This document shows, in pieces, positions 21,656 to 30,072 of a stretch of 64,000 bases of DNA. Location of the stretch: assembly GCA_963758495.1 (NCBI GenBank), contig CAVWVI010000004.1:320001-384000 (forward strand), given 5' to 3'. This stretch comes from Oligoflexia bacterium (GTDB lineage: Bacteria; Bdellovibrionota; UBA1018). The translations under genes were made by a program, and so were the position numbers. Each line of letters starts with the position of its first letter. Within the stretch, counting starts at the first letter, position 1. The notes below the pieces were generated by a model. The model was not told the DNA's origin and did not search any database. It saw nothing but the letters and a program-made list of their open reading frames with translations.

Positions 21656-22464
21656 CACTCTTTCACCAACCACTTCTTTTTAAGCTCAGCTAACTTTCCT
21701 GTACGCTGCAACTTCTCTAATGCCTGATTCAGCTGACTCTTCAATAAATTTCCTTTTGGGCTGTGCTTGGGAAATGCAATGGCATACCCCTCGCCCGCCC
21801 AAGATATTCCAATTGATTTAAGTGTCGGATTAAATTTAATAAATTCAGAAGCTTGCACCTCTTCGACAATCACCCCATCGAGTCGATTTGCTTTCAATTC
21901 TTGAATCAAAACAGGATTTCTACTCAAGGAAACAACTTCCATTTTGGGATGGATTTTGGACTGCTCTTTAGCAAATTTTTCCATAGTTGAGCCGAGCTGC
22001 ACTCCTATTTTTTTGCCATCAACATCTTTTCCATCTGAAACGGTACTTTCTTTCGAAATAATCATCGCAAAAGAGCTTTGATAATAAGGTTCACTAAAAT
22101 CAATGTTTCGTTTTCTTTCCTCATTTATTGTCATTCCAGACATCACGAAGTCGATGCGACCACTCTGAAGTGACGGAATCAGTGCACTAAAATCAATATC
22201 TTGGATCTCTAGAGCAAAACCAGCCTCTGTTGCTAATTCACGAGCAACATCAATATCAAAACCAACTATCCGCCCCTCCTTATTATACTCAAAGGGTGGA
22301 TAATCGGCTGAAACACCCATCACCACAACAGAACGATGGGGCTGATTTTGAATTGTCGATCGGCTACAAGCCTGCAGACAAGCCACTAATAATAGGAAAA
22401 AACTCATTCCTACTTTGATTTGTAAGCCTATTTTCCAGCTGTTTTTTAGATTTAATGTCCGCAT
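21655..22464 (-). CDS. Polar amino acid (probably arginine) ABC substrate-binding lipoprotein
   Basis: Lipobox LQAC; motifs SADYPPFEY, GFDID and IGVQLGST. Confidence 0.9.
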   Translation of the reverse strand: MRTLNLKNSWKIGLQIKVGMSFFLLLVACLQACSRSTIQNQPHRSVVVMGVSADYPPFEYNKEGRIVGFDIDVARELATEAGFALEIQDIDFSALIPSLQSGRIDFVMSGMTINEERKRNIDFSEPYYQSSFAMIISKESTVSDGKDVDGKKIGVQLGSTMEKFAKEQSKIHPKMEVVSLSRNPVLIQELKANRLDGVIVEEVQASEFIKFNPTLKSIGISWAGEGYAIAFPKHSPKGNLLKSQLNQALEKLQRTGKLAELKKKWLVKE

Positions 22465-22491
22465 ATAAATACTTGCTCCATCGATCTACAT

Positions 22492-22616
22492 TTTGCATTA
22501 AAATGCATCGAACTTTCTAAATCATCCCGTCAATATAAAGGATTTATGCGTATATAAGCATAATGGTCAAATATCAAGAGTTATTTTTATGCATATTTAA
22601 TGCATTATCATGCATC
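22492..22616. promoter_or_regulatory. Cluster of ARG-box-like palindromes
   Basis: TGCAT-TAAA-ATGCA (22494-22507), TGCGT-ATAT-AAGCA (22547-22560) and TGCAT-TATC-ATGCA (22601-22614). Confidence 0.55.
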
Positions 22617-22674
22617 GCTCTCAGGATGGACTTTTATTTGCACAAGTACATAAAGAGGAAAGGACGGTTATTCC

Positions 22675-23124
22675 TTGGGTTATTTTTGGGGACAGTCTGC
22701 AGTGGTTTTCATGTTACTACTTGGGTCATCAGCAGCACCCTTACACTCTCTTATGGCATCTAAGAGCCCATTAAATCAGACAACTTCCCCTACCTCAACC
22801 CTCCTCCCCACCGCGTCCAAACCCGAACACAAAGGACCTCATGGCGGTATCGTCGTAAATCGCGCAGGGAGAGATTTTGAAATCAAAATAGATAAGCTGA
22901 ATCAAATGCTTCACGTCTACACACCCAGCAACCAAGAACCTCAGCCTCAAAATATGGGTGTCACTCTTTACCAAGATAAGAATACGGGTCAGACCATCCA
23001 CCTGCGAACCATTGGACCTCCAACTGACGGATACTATCATTACCAAGGCCAATTAGATCCTAGTCAAAGCTCTTCTGTAGCCTTCGGCCTTCAATTTGAT
23101 TTGGAACCCAATACCCACGACTAG
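22675..23124 (+). CDS. Exported hypothetical protein (KGPHGG motif, possibly metal-binding)
   Basis: Signal-like N-terminus and HKGPHGG. Confidence 0.55.
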   Translation: MGYFWGQSAVVFMLLLGSSAAPLHSLMASKSPLNQTTSPTSTLLPTASKPEHKGPHGGIVVNRAGRDFEIKIDKLNQMLHVYTPSNQEPQPQNMGVTLYQDKNTGQTIHLRTIGPPTDGYYHYQGQLDPSQSSSVAFGLQFDLEPNTHD

Positions 23125-23245
23125 TCAGCAATCCTAACGGAACTGCTTTCATGAATAGTAAAAATATAACAGGCCACCTGAGGCGTTGGAGCACTTTTTG
23201 CTGAGTCGCGACAGTAGGTCTGAAAATGAAAATTAAAGGAATTTT

Positions 23246-23911
23246 ATGCGAAAATATTTTTATACTTCCTGGTTAGCCTTAGGTATTTTTCAACTTTTAG
23301 TCAATTTCGACTGTTTCCAACTCCAAGCACAAGAGTTTTTATTTTCCCAAGGTCCAAGCCAGAACTTAGATGATTCAAAAAATCTTCAAGTCAACCCAAA
23401 TCCTATTGAACCCAGCAAAATGGCCGTACGTATTCCAAGAGTATTTTTTGAAAAATCCATTACAGGCACCTTCGTAGGACGATCATCTAGAGTGGACCAG
23501 GGCAGCAGCCCAATCTCAATAGATAGCCCGGTCACATGGGAAGAGCAATCCACCACACTTCCAGCGCCCCAGCCAGGCGCATTAGCAGACTTTAGAGATT
23601 ACAAAGGATGTGCTTCCTACAACCAAACTCCTATTGCCGTATGTTTTAATGTAATGCCCGATGTTTCAAGCGTAGGAGTGAATTCGCGCGAAATGCAATT
23701 AATAGGCATAGAAAAATACATGAACGAGGAGCTTTCAAAGTTAAGCAACTCCAATGGCTGTTCTTATACTACTCAGAATATTCAATTCAAACAAGCCAGT
23801 CGTAATCAGAATGAAGTACTCATACAATTCTCTGGAGACCTCATTCCCGGATCAGATTGTAATGAGTTAAAACAACCCCTTGAGATTCAGATCAAACTCA
23901 AGGCTACTTAA
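23246..23911 (+). CDS. Secreted hypothetical protein
   Basis: 221-aa ORF with SD AAGGA, a signal peptide and paired Cys residues. Confidence 0.65.
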   Translation: MRKYFYTSWLALGIFQLLVNFDCFQLQAQEFLFSQGPSQNLDDSKNLQVNPNPIEPSKMAVRIPRVFFEKSITGTFVGRSSRVDQGSSPISIDSPVTWEEQSTTLPAPQPGALADFRDYKGCASYNQTPIAVCFNVMPDVSSVGVNSREMQLIGIEKYMNEELSKLSNSNGCSYTTQNIQFKQASRNQNEVLIQFSGDLIPGSDCNELKQPLEIQIKLKAT

Positions 23912-23913
23912 GA

Positions 23914-23932
23914 AGCAGTCTGAAAAATGCCG
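23914..23932 (+). repeat. 19-bp direct repeat, left copy (island boundary candidate)
   Basis: agcagtctgaaaaatgccg, identical at 28486-28504. Confidence 0.8.
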
Positions 23933-24022
23933 AGTGCGTTTCTGGTAAACTGGCCTGAGATTGAGTTATGCTTTAGATAAGCTTTATGGCACTCAATCTT
24001 TGGCTTGCCAAGTCCAATATAA

Positions 24023-24066
24023 CATAATGCCAGATGTAGACATTAGTGTCTATATCTGGCATTATG
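24023..24066. promoter_or_regulatory. Inverted-repeat operator of the AbiE operon
   Basis: cataatgccagatgtagaca-ttag-tgtctatatctggcattatg: 20-bp arms with 1 mismatch, ending 5 nt before the ATG. Confidence 0.75.
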
Positions 24067-24071
24067 AATGA

Positions 24072-24851
24072 ATGGAGCCGAAGACCTCTCAACAGCAAAT
24101 CGAGCTGTTTCATTTAATTTTTCTAAGACACTTGGGTGAGCGAGTGGATAAGCTTCATTTTGCTCTCAAAGGAGGATGCAACCTTCGCTTCTATTTCAAG
24201 AGCATTAGATATTCTGAAGATATTGATTTAGATGTCAAAGTGATCGCTAAAGACACACTAAAATCTCAAGTAAATAAGTTATTGAGTTCGATTCCTTTTC
24301 AGCAGGTCTTGAAAACACGTAAATTATCTATTATCGATGTAAATGCCGTGAAACAGACTGATACGACTCAAAGATGGAAGTTGAAAATTCATGGGCCGGC
24401 AACAAGCCTATCAATTCCTACAAAGATTGAGTTTTCAAGACGAGGAATGGAAAATGGCCTTCGGTTTGAGTCAGTTGATCCTGAAGTAGTGTCCGCTTAT
24501 CAGCTTTACCCAGTTTTGAGTAATCATTACGAATTAAACTTTGCTCTCAGTCAGAAAATTGAGGCACTTATCCATCGTTCAGAAACTCAAGCTCGCGATG
24601 TGTTTGATATTGCTCACTTGCTGGGTTTAGGTGCGAAACAAGCTGCAATTTCAGATGAGCTTAAGTTGAATTTTGAACAGGCAATCGAAAACACCCTTTC
24701 CATTTCTTATGCTGATTATAATTCGCAGGTTGTCTCTTATCTCAAGGATGAGTATCAAGATTATTTCGGGTCAGAATCAAAATGGAATGAAATGCAGGAA
24801 ATTCTTATTAAATTTTTTGAGAATACTGGAAAATTGAATGAAGTTACTTGA
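24072..24851 (+). CDS. abiEii: AbiEii-family nucleotidyltransferase toxin (type IV TA)
   Basis: Motifs LKGG, RYSEDIDL, KIEF and KIEAL..R..ARDVFD. Confidence 0.88.
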   Translation: MEPKTSQQQIELFHLIFLRHLGERVDKLHFALKGGCNLRFYFKSIRYSEDIDLDVKVIAKDTLKSQVNKLLSSIPFQQVLKTRKLSIIDVNAVKQTDTTQRWKLKIHGPATSLSIPTKIEFSRRGMENGLRFESVDPEVVSAYQLYPVLSNHYELNFALSQKIEALIHRSETQARDVFDIAHLLGLGAKQAAISDELKLNFEQAIENTLSISYADYNSQVVSYLKDEYQDYFGSESKWNEMQEILIKFFENTGKLNEVT

Positions 24852-25443
24852 TGCACAAATGAAGTTGAGAGAGTTTGGTCAGGAGTTTTTACAGAACTCT
24901 GATGTAGCTTCGATTTTGCAAGTTTCAAGAACTCATGCAAGCAAGATTATGACTCGTCTTGCTGAAAGTGGTTTTTCAGTTCAACTGACACGAGGAAGGT
25001 GGGCTCTTTCACAAAATATCGATCGGTTCTCAATACCTGAGTTTTTGACAGCGCCTTCGTTGAGTTACATCTCTTTGCAATCCGCTCTCTTTTATCATGG
25101 GATGATCTCGCAGATCCCTGAAGTTACCTATGCGGTAAGTACTTCCAAAACACGTAAGTATAAGACTCAGGTTGGGACATTTTCTATCCACCACCTGGAA
25201 GCAGAGTTTTTTTTTGGTTTTGAGACTGCGGGAGATCGTAGCGTAAAAATGGCTACTCCTGAAAAGGCGTTATTAGATACTCTGTATTTAAGTCCCGCCC
25301 GATCTCGCATCTTTCATGCATCGCCGGAAATTGAACTCCCAAGAAAATTTAGTTCAAAGCGAGCATTTGAAATGGCTGAGATAATTAAATCAAAATCTCG
25401 TAGAACGATTGTGAAGCAGCTCTTAGTGTCAATTTGTGGGTAA
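24838..25443 (+). CDS. abiEi: AbiEi-family antitoxin (wHTH)
   Basis: N-terminal wHTH (QLTRGRW), YISLQSALFYHGMI and ATPEKALLD; overlaps the toxin by 14 nt. Confidence 0.85.
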   Translation: MKLLDAQMKLREFGQEFLQNSDVASILQVSRTHASKIMTRLAESGFSVQLTRGRWALSQNIDRFSIPEFLTAPSLSYISLQSALFYHGMISQIPEVTYAVSTSKTRKYKTQVGTFSIHHLEAEFFFGFETAGDRSVKMATPEKALLDTLYLSPARSRIFHASPEIELPRKFSSKRAFEMAEIIKSKSRRTIVKQLLVSICG

Positions 25444-25479
25444 AAATAAATGGGGAATCGCTATCATCAAAATTCTTCC

Positions 25480-26046
25480 TTATCGTCGAAATTTAATTAA
25501 GGAGCTTGAAATTCGATCAATATATTGCTGTACAGCCACGACAACGAGTTGTTGGTAAGGTCTATCGGTAGCACTTGCTATTTCTTTAACTGCTTGTAAA
25601 TCGGTTTCAGGAAGTCGGATGGAAATCTGCTTTGTTCGTCCCGGCCCCAAAAGCTCCCGCTCTTCAGTGGCAGTTAAAACTCTGGATTTTTTTGCAATCT
25701 TCTCAAATTGAGAAGGATCTTCAAAAATGACAGCAGCTTCTTCCCATCTTTTTACATCAATGGCCTTTTCTTTTTTTAATTTCCGTTTCATCTGTCCTTC
25801 ACTGGGAGGATAAGCAGTGATTAGATTTCTCACTTCTTTAAGTTGCGCCCAGGCAATCAGAAGTCTTTTACTAGACTTTGTTTTACCGATTTTCCAATAT
25901 CTCCTGTAGGGAGAATAATGAAGTTGATCTGGAGAAATCAGAGATCTAGAGTTGCTATCTAAATAAACCTCCCATGCTTCTTCAATACTCACATCAGGAT
26001 GTTTTTTTCTAATATGAGCTTGAGCCCATTCGGCATTATTCCACAT
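25480..26046 (-). CDS. In-frame fusion of a BrnT-like toxin (aa 1-85) and a BrnA/CopG-like RHH antitoxin (from Met86 at 25791)
   Basis: HIRKKH..VSIEEAWEVY..R..IG.T..RLL..RNLITAY, then TKQISIRLPETDLQAVKEIA..PYQQL. Confidence 0.7.
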   Translation of the reverse strand: MWNNAEWAQAHIRKKHPDVSIEEAWEVYLDSNSRSLISPDQLHYSPYRRYWKIGKTKSSKRLLIAWAQLKEVRNLITAYPPSEGQMKRKLKKEKAIDVKRWEEAAVIFEDPSQFEKIAKKSRVLTATEERELLGPGRTKQISIRLPETDLQAVKEIASATDRPYQQLVVVAVQQYIDRISSSLIKFRR

Positions 26047-26074
26047 ATCTTATATACAAAAGGTTATCATAAAC

Positions 26075-26104
26075 GACATGTGTTTGTATATACATATATA
26101 TGTC
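26075..26104. promoter_or_regulatory. Imperfect palindrome, candidate RHH operator
   Basis: gacatgtgtt-TGTATATACA-tatatatgtc, about 30 nt upstream of the TA fusion start. Confidence 0.45.
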
Positions 26105-26187
26105 ATTCAAACGAACTAAAGGCAGCTCGTCAAAATTCAAGAAAAATTGTGATTACACAGGGACTTTGACCGGTTAATTACACGGCG

Positions 26188-26219
26188 TCTGTCCACCTAT
26201 CGATTCTGTCCACCTATCG
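26188..26219 (+). repeat. 15-bp tandem direct repeat
   Basis: tctgtccacctatcg-at-tctgtccacctatcg, with cggcgtc overlapping both ends. Confidence 0.8.
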
Positions 26220-26345
26220 GCGTCATTTTGATGGAACTTTTGGAAAAAGTTTAGATATCGCCAACAAAGGAAGAATTGAGTAGTAACGGGAGTTTATAGG
26301 ATCAAATCCATGGGTAAAGAGAAATAAATTCCCGACTTTGCTGTA

Positions 26346-27499
26346 GCGGCACATGGCTTTAGTATTTCTCCGGACGACGCTGTTTGGTTTGCGGATCAAA
26401 ATAAGCACATTGATAGCCTTTCGTTATTATTAATTCATGCACAATAGCTTGAGATGGAGTTCTTCCTTCTTCCTTATTTTTAACCCGCGGCAACGTGGGT
26501 GAATCCCCTATTTCATTCTGATTTTTACGTTCTTCTCGTTCTTTCGCACGTTTCGCTTTTTCTTCTGGGTGATGCCGGTGCCGATACTCTGTTGCGAGTA
26601 CATCAATGAGTTCACCTATTTTTATTTGTGGATGTGAGTGCATGAGCAGCCCTCGGATCTCTTCCAGTTTATCTAGAAGCGCTTGATTGGTTACAAAGGA
26701 AACTTCCGATAGTTCTGCGGTGAGTGGCCGAACCCAATCGATTGGAAGGTCTACTGACATTGGGAATCGAGAAGCGATCTCCCGCTTCGCTGCTTTACAG
26801 CTCATTCCATAGATACCCTTCAAAACATCGGAAAGCTCTGAATCTGTAAGGTTCTCACGATGAGCAGCGCCCGCAGCTATCTCAAGCAGCGTTAGATTAA
26901 GTTGTCCTGATTCCAATTCTAATTTGAGTTCTGGAAATCGTTTCATCATTCGTTCAGCCCGAATCAATCGTTCGGATCGCCATTCTTCTATCCCGTGCTC
27001 TTCCACCAAATACGCTCTAAGGGAAGAGTAATGAAAAGATAATTTCCTGCGATCAAGTTCAGCCACGTGCTCCAATTGGAGTACAAGCTTCTCTCTTTCA
27101 TCGATGACGAGGTCTTGAAAATTAGCTACCAGTTCTGAATCTGTAAGGTTTGAAAGTATCATAGGCAGGAGAAGACATAGCACGAGTTCTAAAATTCAAA
27201 ATCAAGGCCTCTGGCTGAAGCAATAGACGGAAATAAAAATCTTGAAGATGGCCGGCCGGAAAAACTCGAGAATCATCCGATACAAAGCTTGTACAATTCG
27301 TTTTGAATGACTTTACAACGTATCTCAAAATAGCTAAAAAAGCTCTGGTTTTACAAAAAAATACGTCAACAACAAAAATGGAACTCCCGTATTATTTCCA
27401 ACTATATTGTGAATACAGGTGATCCCCCGCCCTCGAAAGCTGCCCCCGACCGCGGCACCCTCGAACGTCTTTTGAAAAAATACTGAAGCCATGTGCCGC
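26346..27499. mobile_element. 1154-bp segment bounded by 34-bp imperfect inverted repeats
   Basis: Left 26346-26379 gcggcacatggctttagtatttctccggacgacg versus the reverse complement of 27466-27499 gcggcacatggcttcagtattttttcaaaagacg (28/34; outer 14 identical). No obvious target-site duplication. Confidence 0.55.
26359..27162 (-). pseudogene. Truncated HNH-endonuclease-associated protein (DUF222-like multicopy type)
   Basis: N-terminus LTDSEL..LV..ERE..HVAELDRRKL..YSSL; ends QCAYFDPQTKQR and then reads into the left IR, so the HNH core (DH..GG) is absent. Confidence 0.65.
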
Positions 27500-27646
27500 C
27501 AAGCACGATTGTCAATATTACATTTTTACTTAGAAAGTGAATGGGGCTTCGGAATTGAGGTAAAAAACTATAAATCCTGCCTGGCCGGCATCTGACAACA
27601 GGTAGGATCATGGGTTGATTTTATTTTTATGTACTTCGATGGCTAT

Positions 27647-27818
27647 TTAATTTTTGCTCATAATAGAGTAAGATTTGAGATACCTTCGTAAAGTTCGCTC
27701 AGATATTGCTAAAATTTGCTGCCCTTGTTGACGACTCATTATTCCTGACGCTACTTTACCAATCACATCCAGTTCCATCTGATGCCTAATCGGTACTGGG
27801 GAGTAAAACGACTTTCAT
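27647..27818 (-). pseudogene. Transposase N-terminal HTH relic (ISNCY/IS481-like)
   Basis: Hand translation of 27778-27647: MELDVIGKVASGIMSRQQGQQILAISERTLRRYLKSYSIMSKN*. An upstream out-of-frame ATG lies at 27818. Confidence 0.5.
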
Positions 27819-27907
27819 AGGAAACACATTGACGTTGCAAACCGTGCCGGATCCGTATTTCTTTAGGACTTGACATAAGGCTGTATTCTACCCCTAATCA
27901 AACCTCA

Positions 27908-28479
27908 ATGCTCAATTATTAAACATATAAAATAGAATGGTCAATGGCCACCGCCACAGCACCATTTCTGGCCCCTTTGTTCCTAGCCAGTTGCAGTACA
28001 TCCAGAATAAAAAAAATATTTGGAATTCCTGCGTTTGTTCAACTAGGAAGCATGTATCAAGTGGGGAACGTGATTTGGAGTGGGGCTGTAAAGAAAGAGA
28101 AGCAGAGAGGCATTTTCAATCGTAGAGTAGACCTCGTTGTGAAGAAGATGAATCTACTAGATGCAGATCAATATTGTCGCAACTTGGGGGGAGGGGCAAG
28201 GTTGCCCACATGGAAAGAGTATGAGGATTTAGTTATTGCGATGGGGAGACTTAATTATTATAATCGTAATGCAATCCCTGATATGGCTGGAAATTGATTT
28301 TGGTCGTCGTCGTTCAGTCACAGTGACGACGAGTGCATCTTCTATGGATGTGACGATTCCCATCCCCACTACTACTGCTTCTCTGGCGATTATGGCGTCC
28401 TTGGCACCGACAGGGGGATGGCGACTCCTGGGTTGGTGGTGTCCACTCCGTCCGCTGTGTGATTAACGTACAAAATTAA
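27908..28479 (+). pseudogene. Disrupted lipoprotein with a DUF1566/CLec-fold C-terminus (DGR-target-like)
   Basis: Lipobox LASC, then ADQYC..GGARLPTWKE, N*FWSSS (TGA at 28295), and after a frameshift in the G5 run (28413-28417) HSVRCVINVQN* at 28479. An in-frame TAA also occurs near the 5' end. Confidence 0.75.
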
Positions 28480-28487
28480 GTGGAGAG

Positions 28488-28535
28488 CAGTCTGAAAAAT
28501 GCCGTGTCGGGGACGCTTAGGTATTTTCCAGACTG
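28488..28535. repeat. Hairpin (16-bp stem, 2 mismatches) overlapping the right 19-bp direct repeat; possible bidirectional terminator
   Basis: cagtctgaaaaatgcc ... ggtattttccagactg, between the convergent lipoprotein and cysS ends. Confidence 0.65.
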
Positions 28536-28538
28536 GCC

Positions 28539-30062
28539 CTATTTATATTCCCAAGTAGTACCCGCAGAGCCATCTTTTATTAAAACGCCTCGATCCTCAA
28601 GTTCTTTACGGATTGAATCGGCAAGAGAAAAGTTTTTGGTTTTTCTTGCCTCTGTTCGAGCAGCAATCAAAGCCAAAACCTCTTCCTCGGTGGGTCGTGA
28701 AACTGTACTTTGTTGATCCGATTGTGCTGCACGAATGCGTGATAGATCTTGCAGTGCCTGGGCTGGATCTAATCGGCCGACACCTAAAATTTCACCGATA
28801 TCGTATTCCATGATACGAATCAATTCACCGGCACCTATCACAGCTGAGGGGGTTGCCAAAGCAAGAGGTTCTGCCAAAGTCCGGTTAAATTCTCGAATTA
28901 AAGTAAAAAGGGTCGCCAAAGCCCCAGCCGTATTAAAATCATTTGCAAAATGTTCATCAATGTCCACTCGAGCTTTTTCACAAGAGGCTGTAAAAGATCC
29001 CCATGCGCTTTCAGCACGAAGATCAGCCCGCGCTCTGCTTTGATTTTTCAATTGAAGAGCCCTAGCTTTCGCTTCATAAATTCTATGAAGACCCGTCAAC
29101 GCCTGCTCAATTGTTTCCTGTCCGAAATCAATAATAGAGCGGTAATGGACCGAGAGCAGCATATACCTTGCGATCTCTCCGGAAAACTGAGTTAAAAACT
29201 GCCGCGCAGTAAATACATTACCCAAGCTTTTCGACATTTTTTCTTTGGATAACGTCAAAAATGCATGATGCAACCAATATTTTACAAAGGGGCCTTTTCC
29301 CGTTGCAGCCTCACTTTGTGCAATTTCATTTTCATGATGAGGAAAAATAAGATCTTCTCCACCATGATGAACATCAATGGTATCTCCCAGCCATTTGGTA
29401 GCCATCGCAGAACACTCAATATGCCACCCAGGTCGTCCTTTTCCCCAAGGACTATCCCACGAGGGCTCACCTGCTTTTGCCGGTTTCCAGAGTGTAAAAT
29501 CCAAAGGGTTTTTCTTCTTTGTATTGACTTCAACCCGACTGCCAGCGATCAAATCCTCGATTTTTTTATGTGAAAGCTGCCCATAGGAAGGAAATTTCTC
29601 AATTGAATAAAGAACCTCTCCGCCTTCAATAATATAAGCAGTGCCTTTTGCGATAATCTTTTGAATGATGGTAATAATTTCTGCGATATGAGTTGTGACG
29701 GTCGTCTTATGGGTAGGTTCCAACATGCCGGCAACGGCAAAATCTTTTTCTACTTCAAGAGTATATTTTTTTGCAACTTCTTCAGGAGATAAATTTTCTT
29801 CTTTGGATTTATTTATAATTTTGTCATCTACATCAGTATAATTTCTAACATAGTTCACTTCGTACCCTACTCGCTTAAAGTAACGGTAAAACATATCGGC
29901 AACCAAACCACCCCTCAAGTTCCCAATATGGATGAATCCATAAACAGTCGGGCCACATGAGTAAAAACTCAGCTTACCGGGCTGATGAGTGATTAAATCC
30001 TCTTTCTTGCCTGTTAATGTATGAGTCAGCTTGATGGGTCGCAGTAATTTTAATTGTGTCAT
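28539..30062 (-). CDS. cysS: Cysteine--tRNA ligase
   Basis: CGPTVY, HIGN, GRPGWHIECSAM, FPHHENE and KMSKS. Confidence 0.98.
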   Translation of the reverse strand: MTQLKLLRPIKLTHTLTGKKEDLITHQPGKLSFYSCGPTVYGFIHIGNLRGGLVADMFYRYFKRVGYEVNYVRNYTDVDDKIINKSKEENLSPEEVAKKYTLEVEKDFAVAGMLEPTHKTTVTTHIAEIITIIQKIIAKGTAYIIEGGEVLYSIEKFPSYGQLSHKKIEDLIAGSRVEVNTKKKNPLDFTLWKPAKAGEPSWDSPWGKGRPGWHIECSAMATKWLGDTIDVHHGGEDLIFPHHENEIAQSEAATGKGPFVKYWLHHAFLTLSKEKMSKSLGNVFTARQFLTQFSGEIARYMLLSVHYRSIIDFGQETIEQALTGLHRIYEAKARALQLKNQSRARADLRAESAWGSFTASCEKARVDIDEHFANDFNTAGALATLFTLIREFNRTLAEPLALATPSAVIGAGELIRIMEYDIGEILGVGRLDPAQALQDLSRIRAAQSDQQSTVSRPTEEEVLALIAARTEARKTKNFSLADSIRKELEDRGVLIKDGSAGTTWEYK

Positions 30063-30072
30063 AACTTAGAAA

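Noticed and set aside
23170..23221. Imperfect long hairpin upstream of the 23246 ORF
   Set aside because: Pairing is weak and matches no RNA family I can support.
28295..28297. TGA as recoded Trp or selenocysteine
   Set aside because: Other genes end normally at TGA, and this gene also has a frameshift and an upstream TAA, so decay is the simpler explanation.
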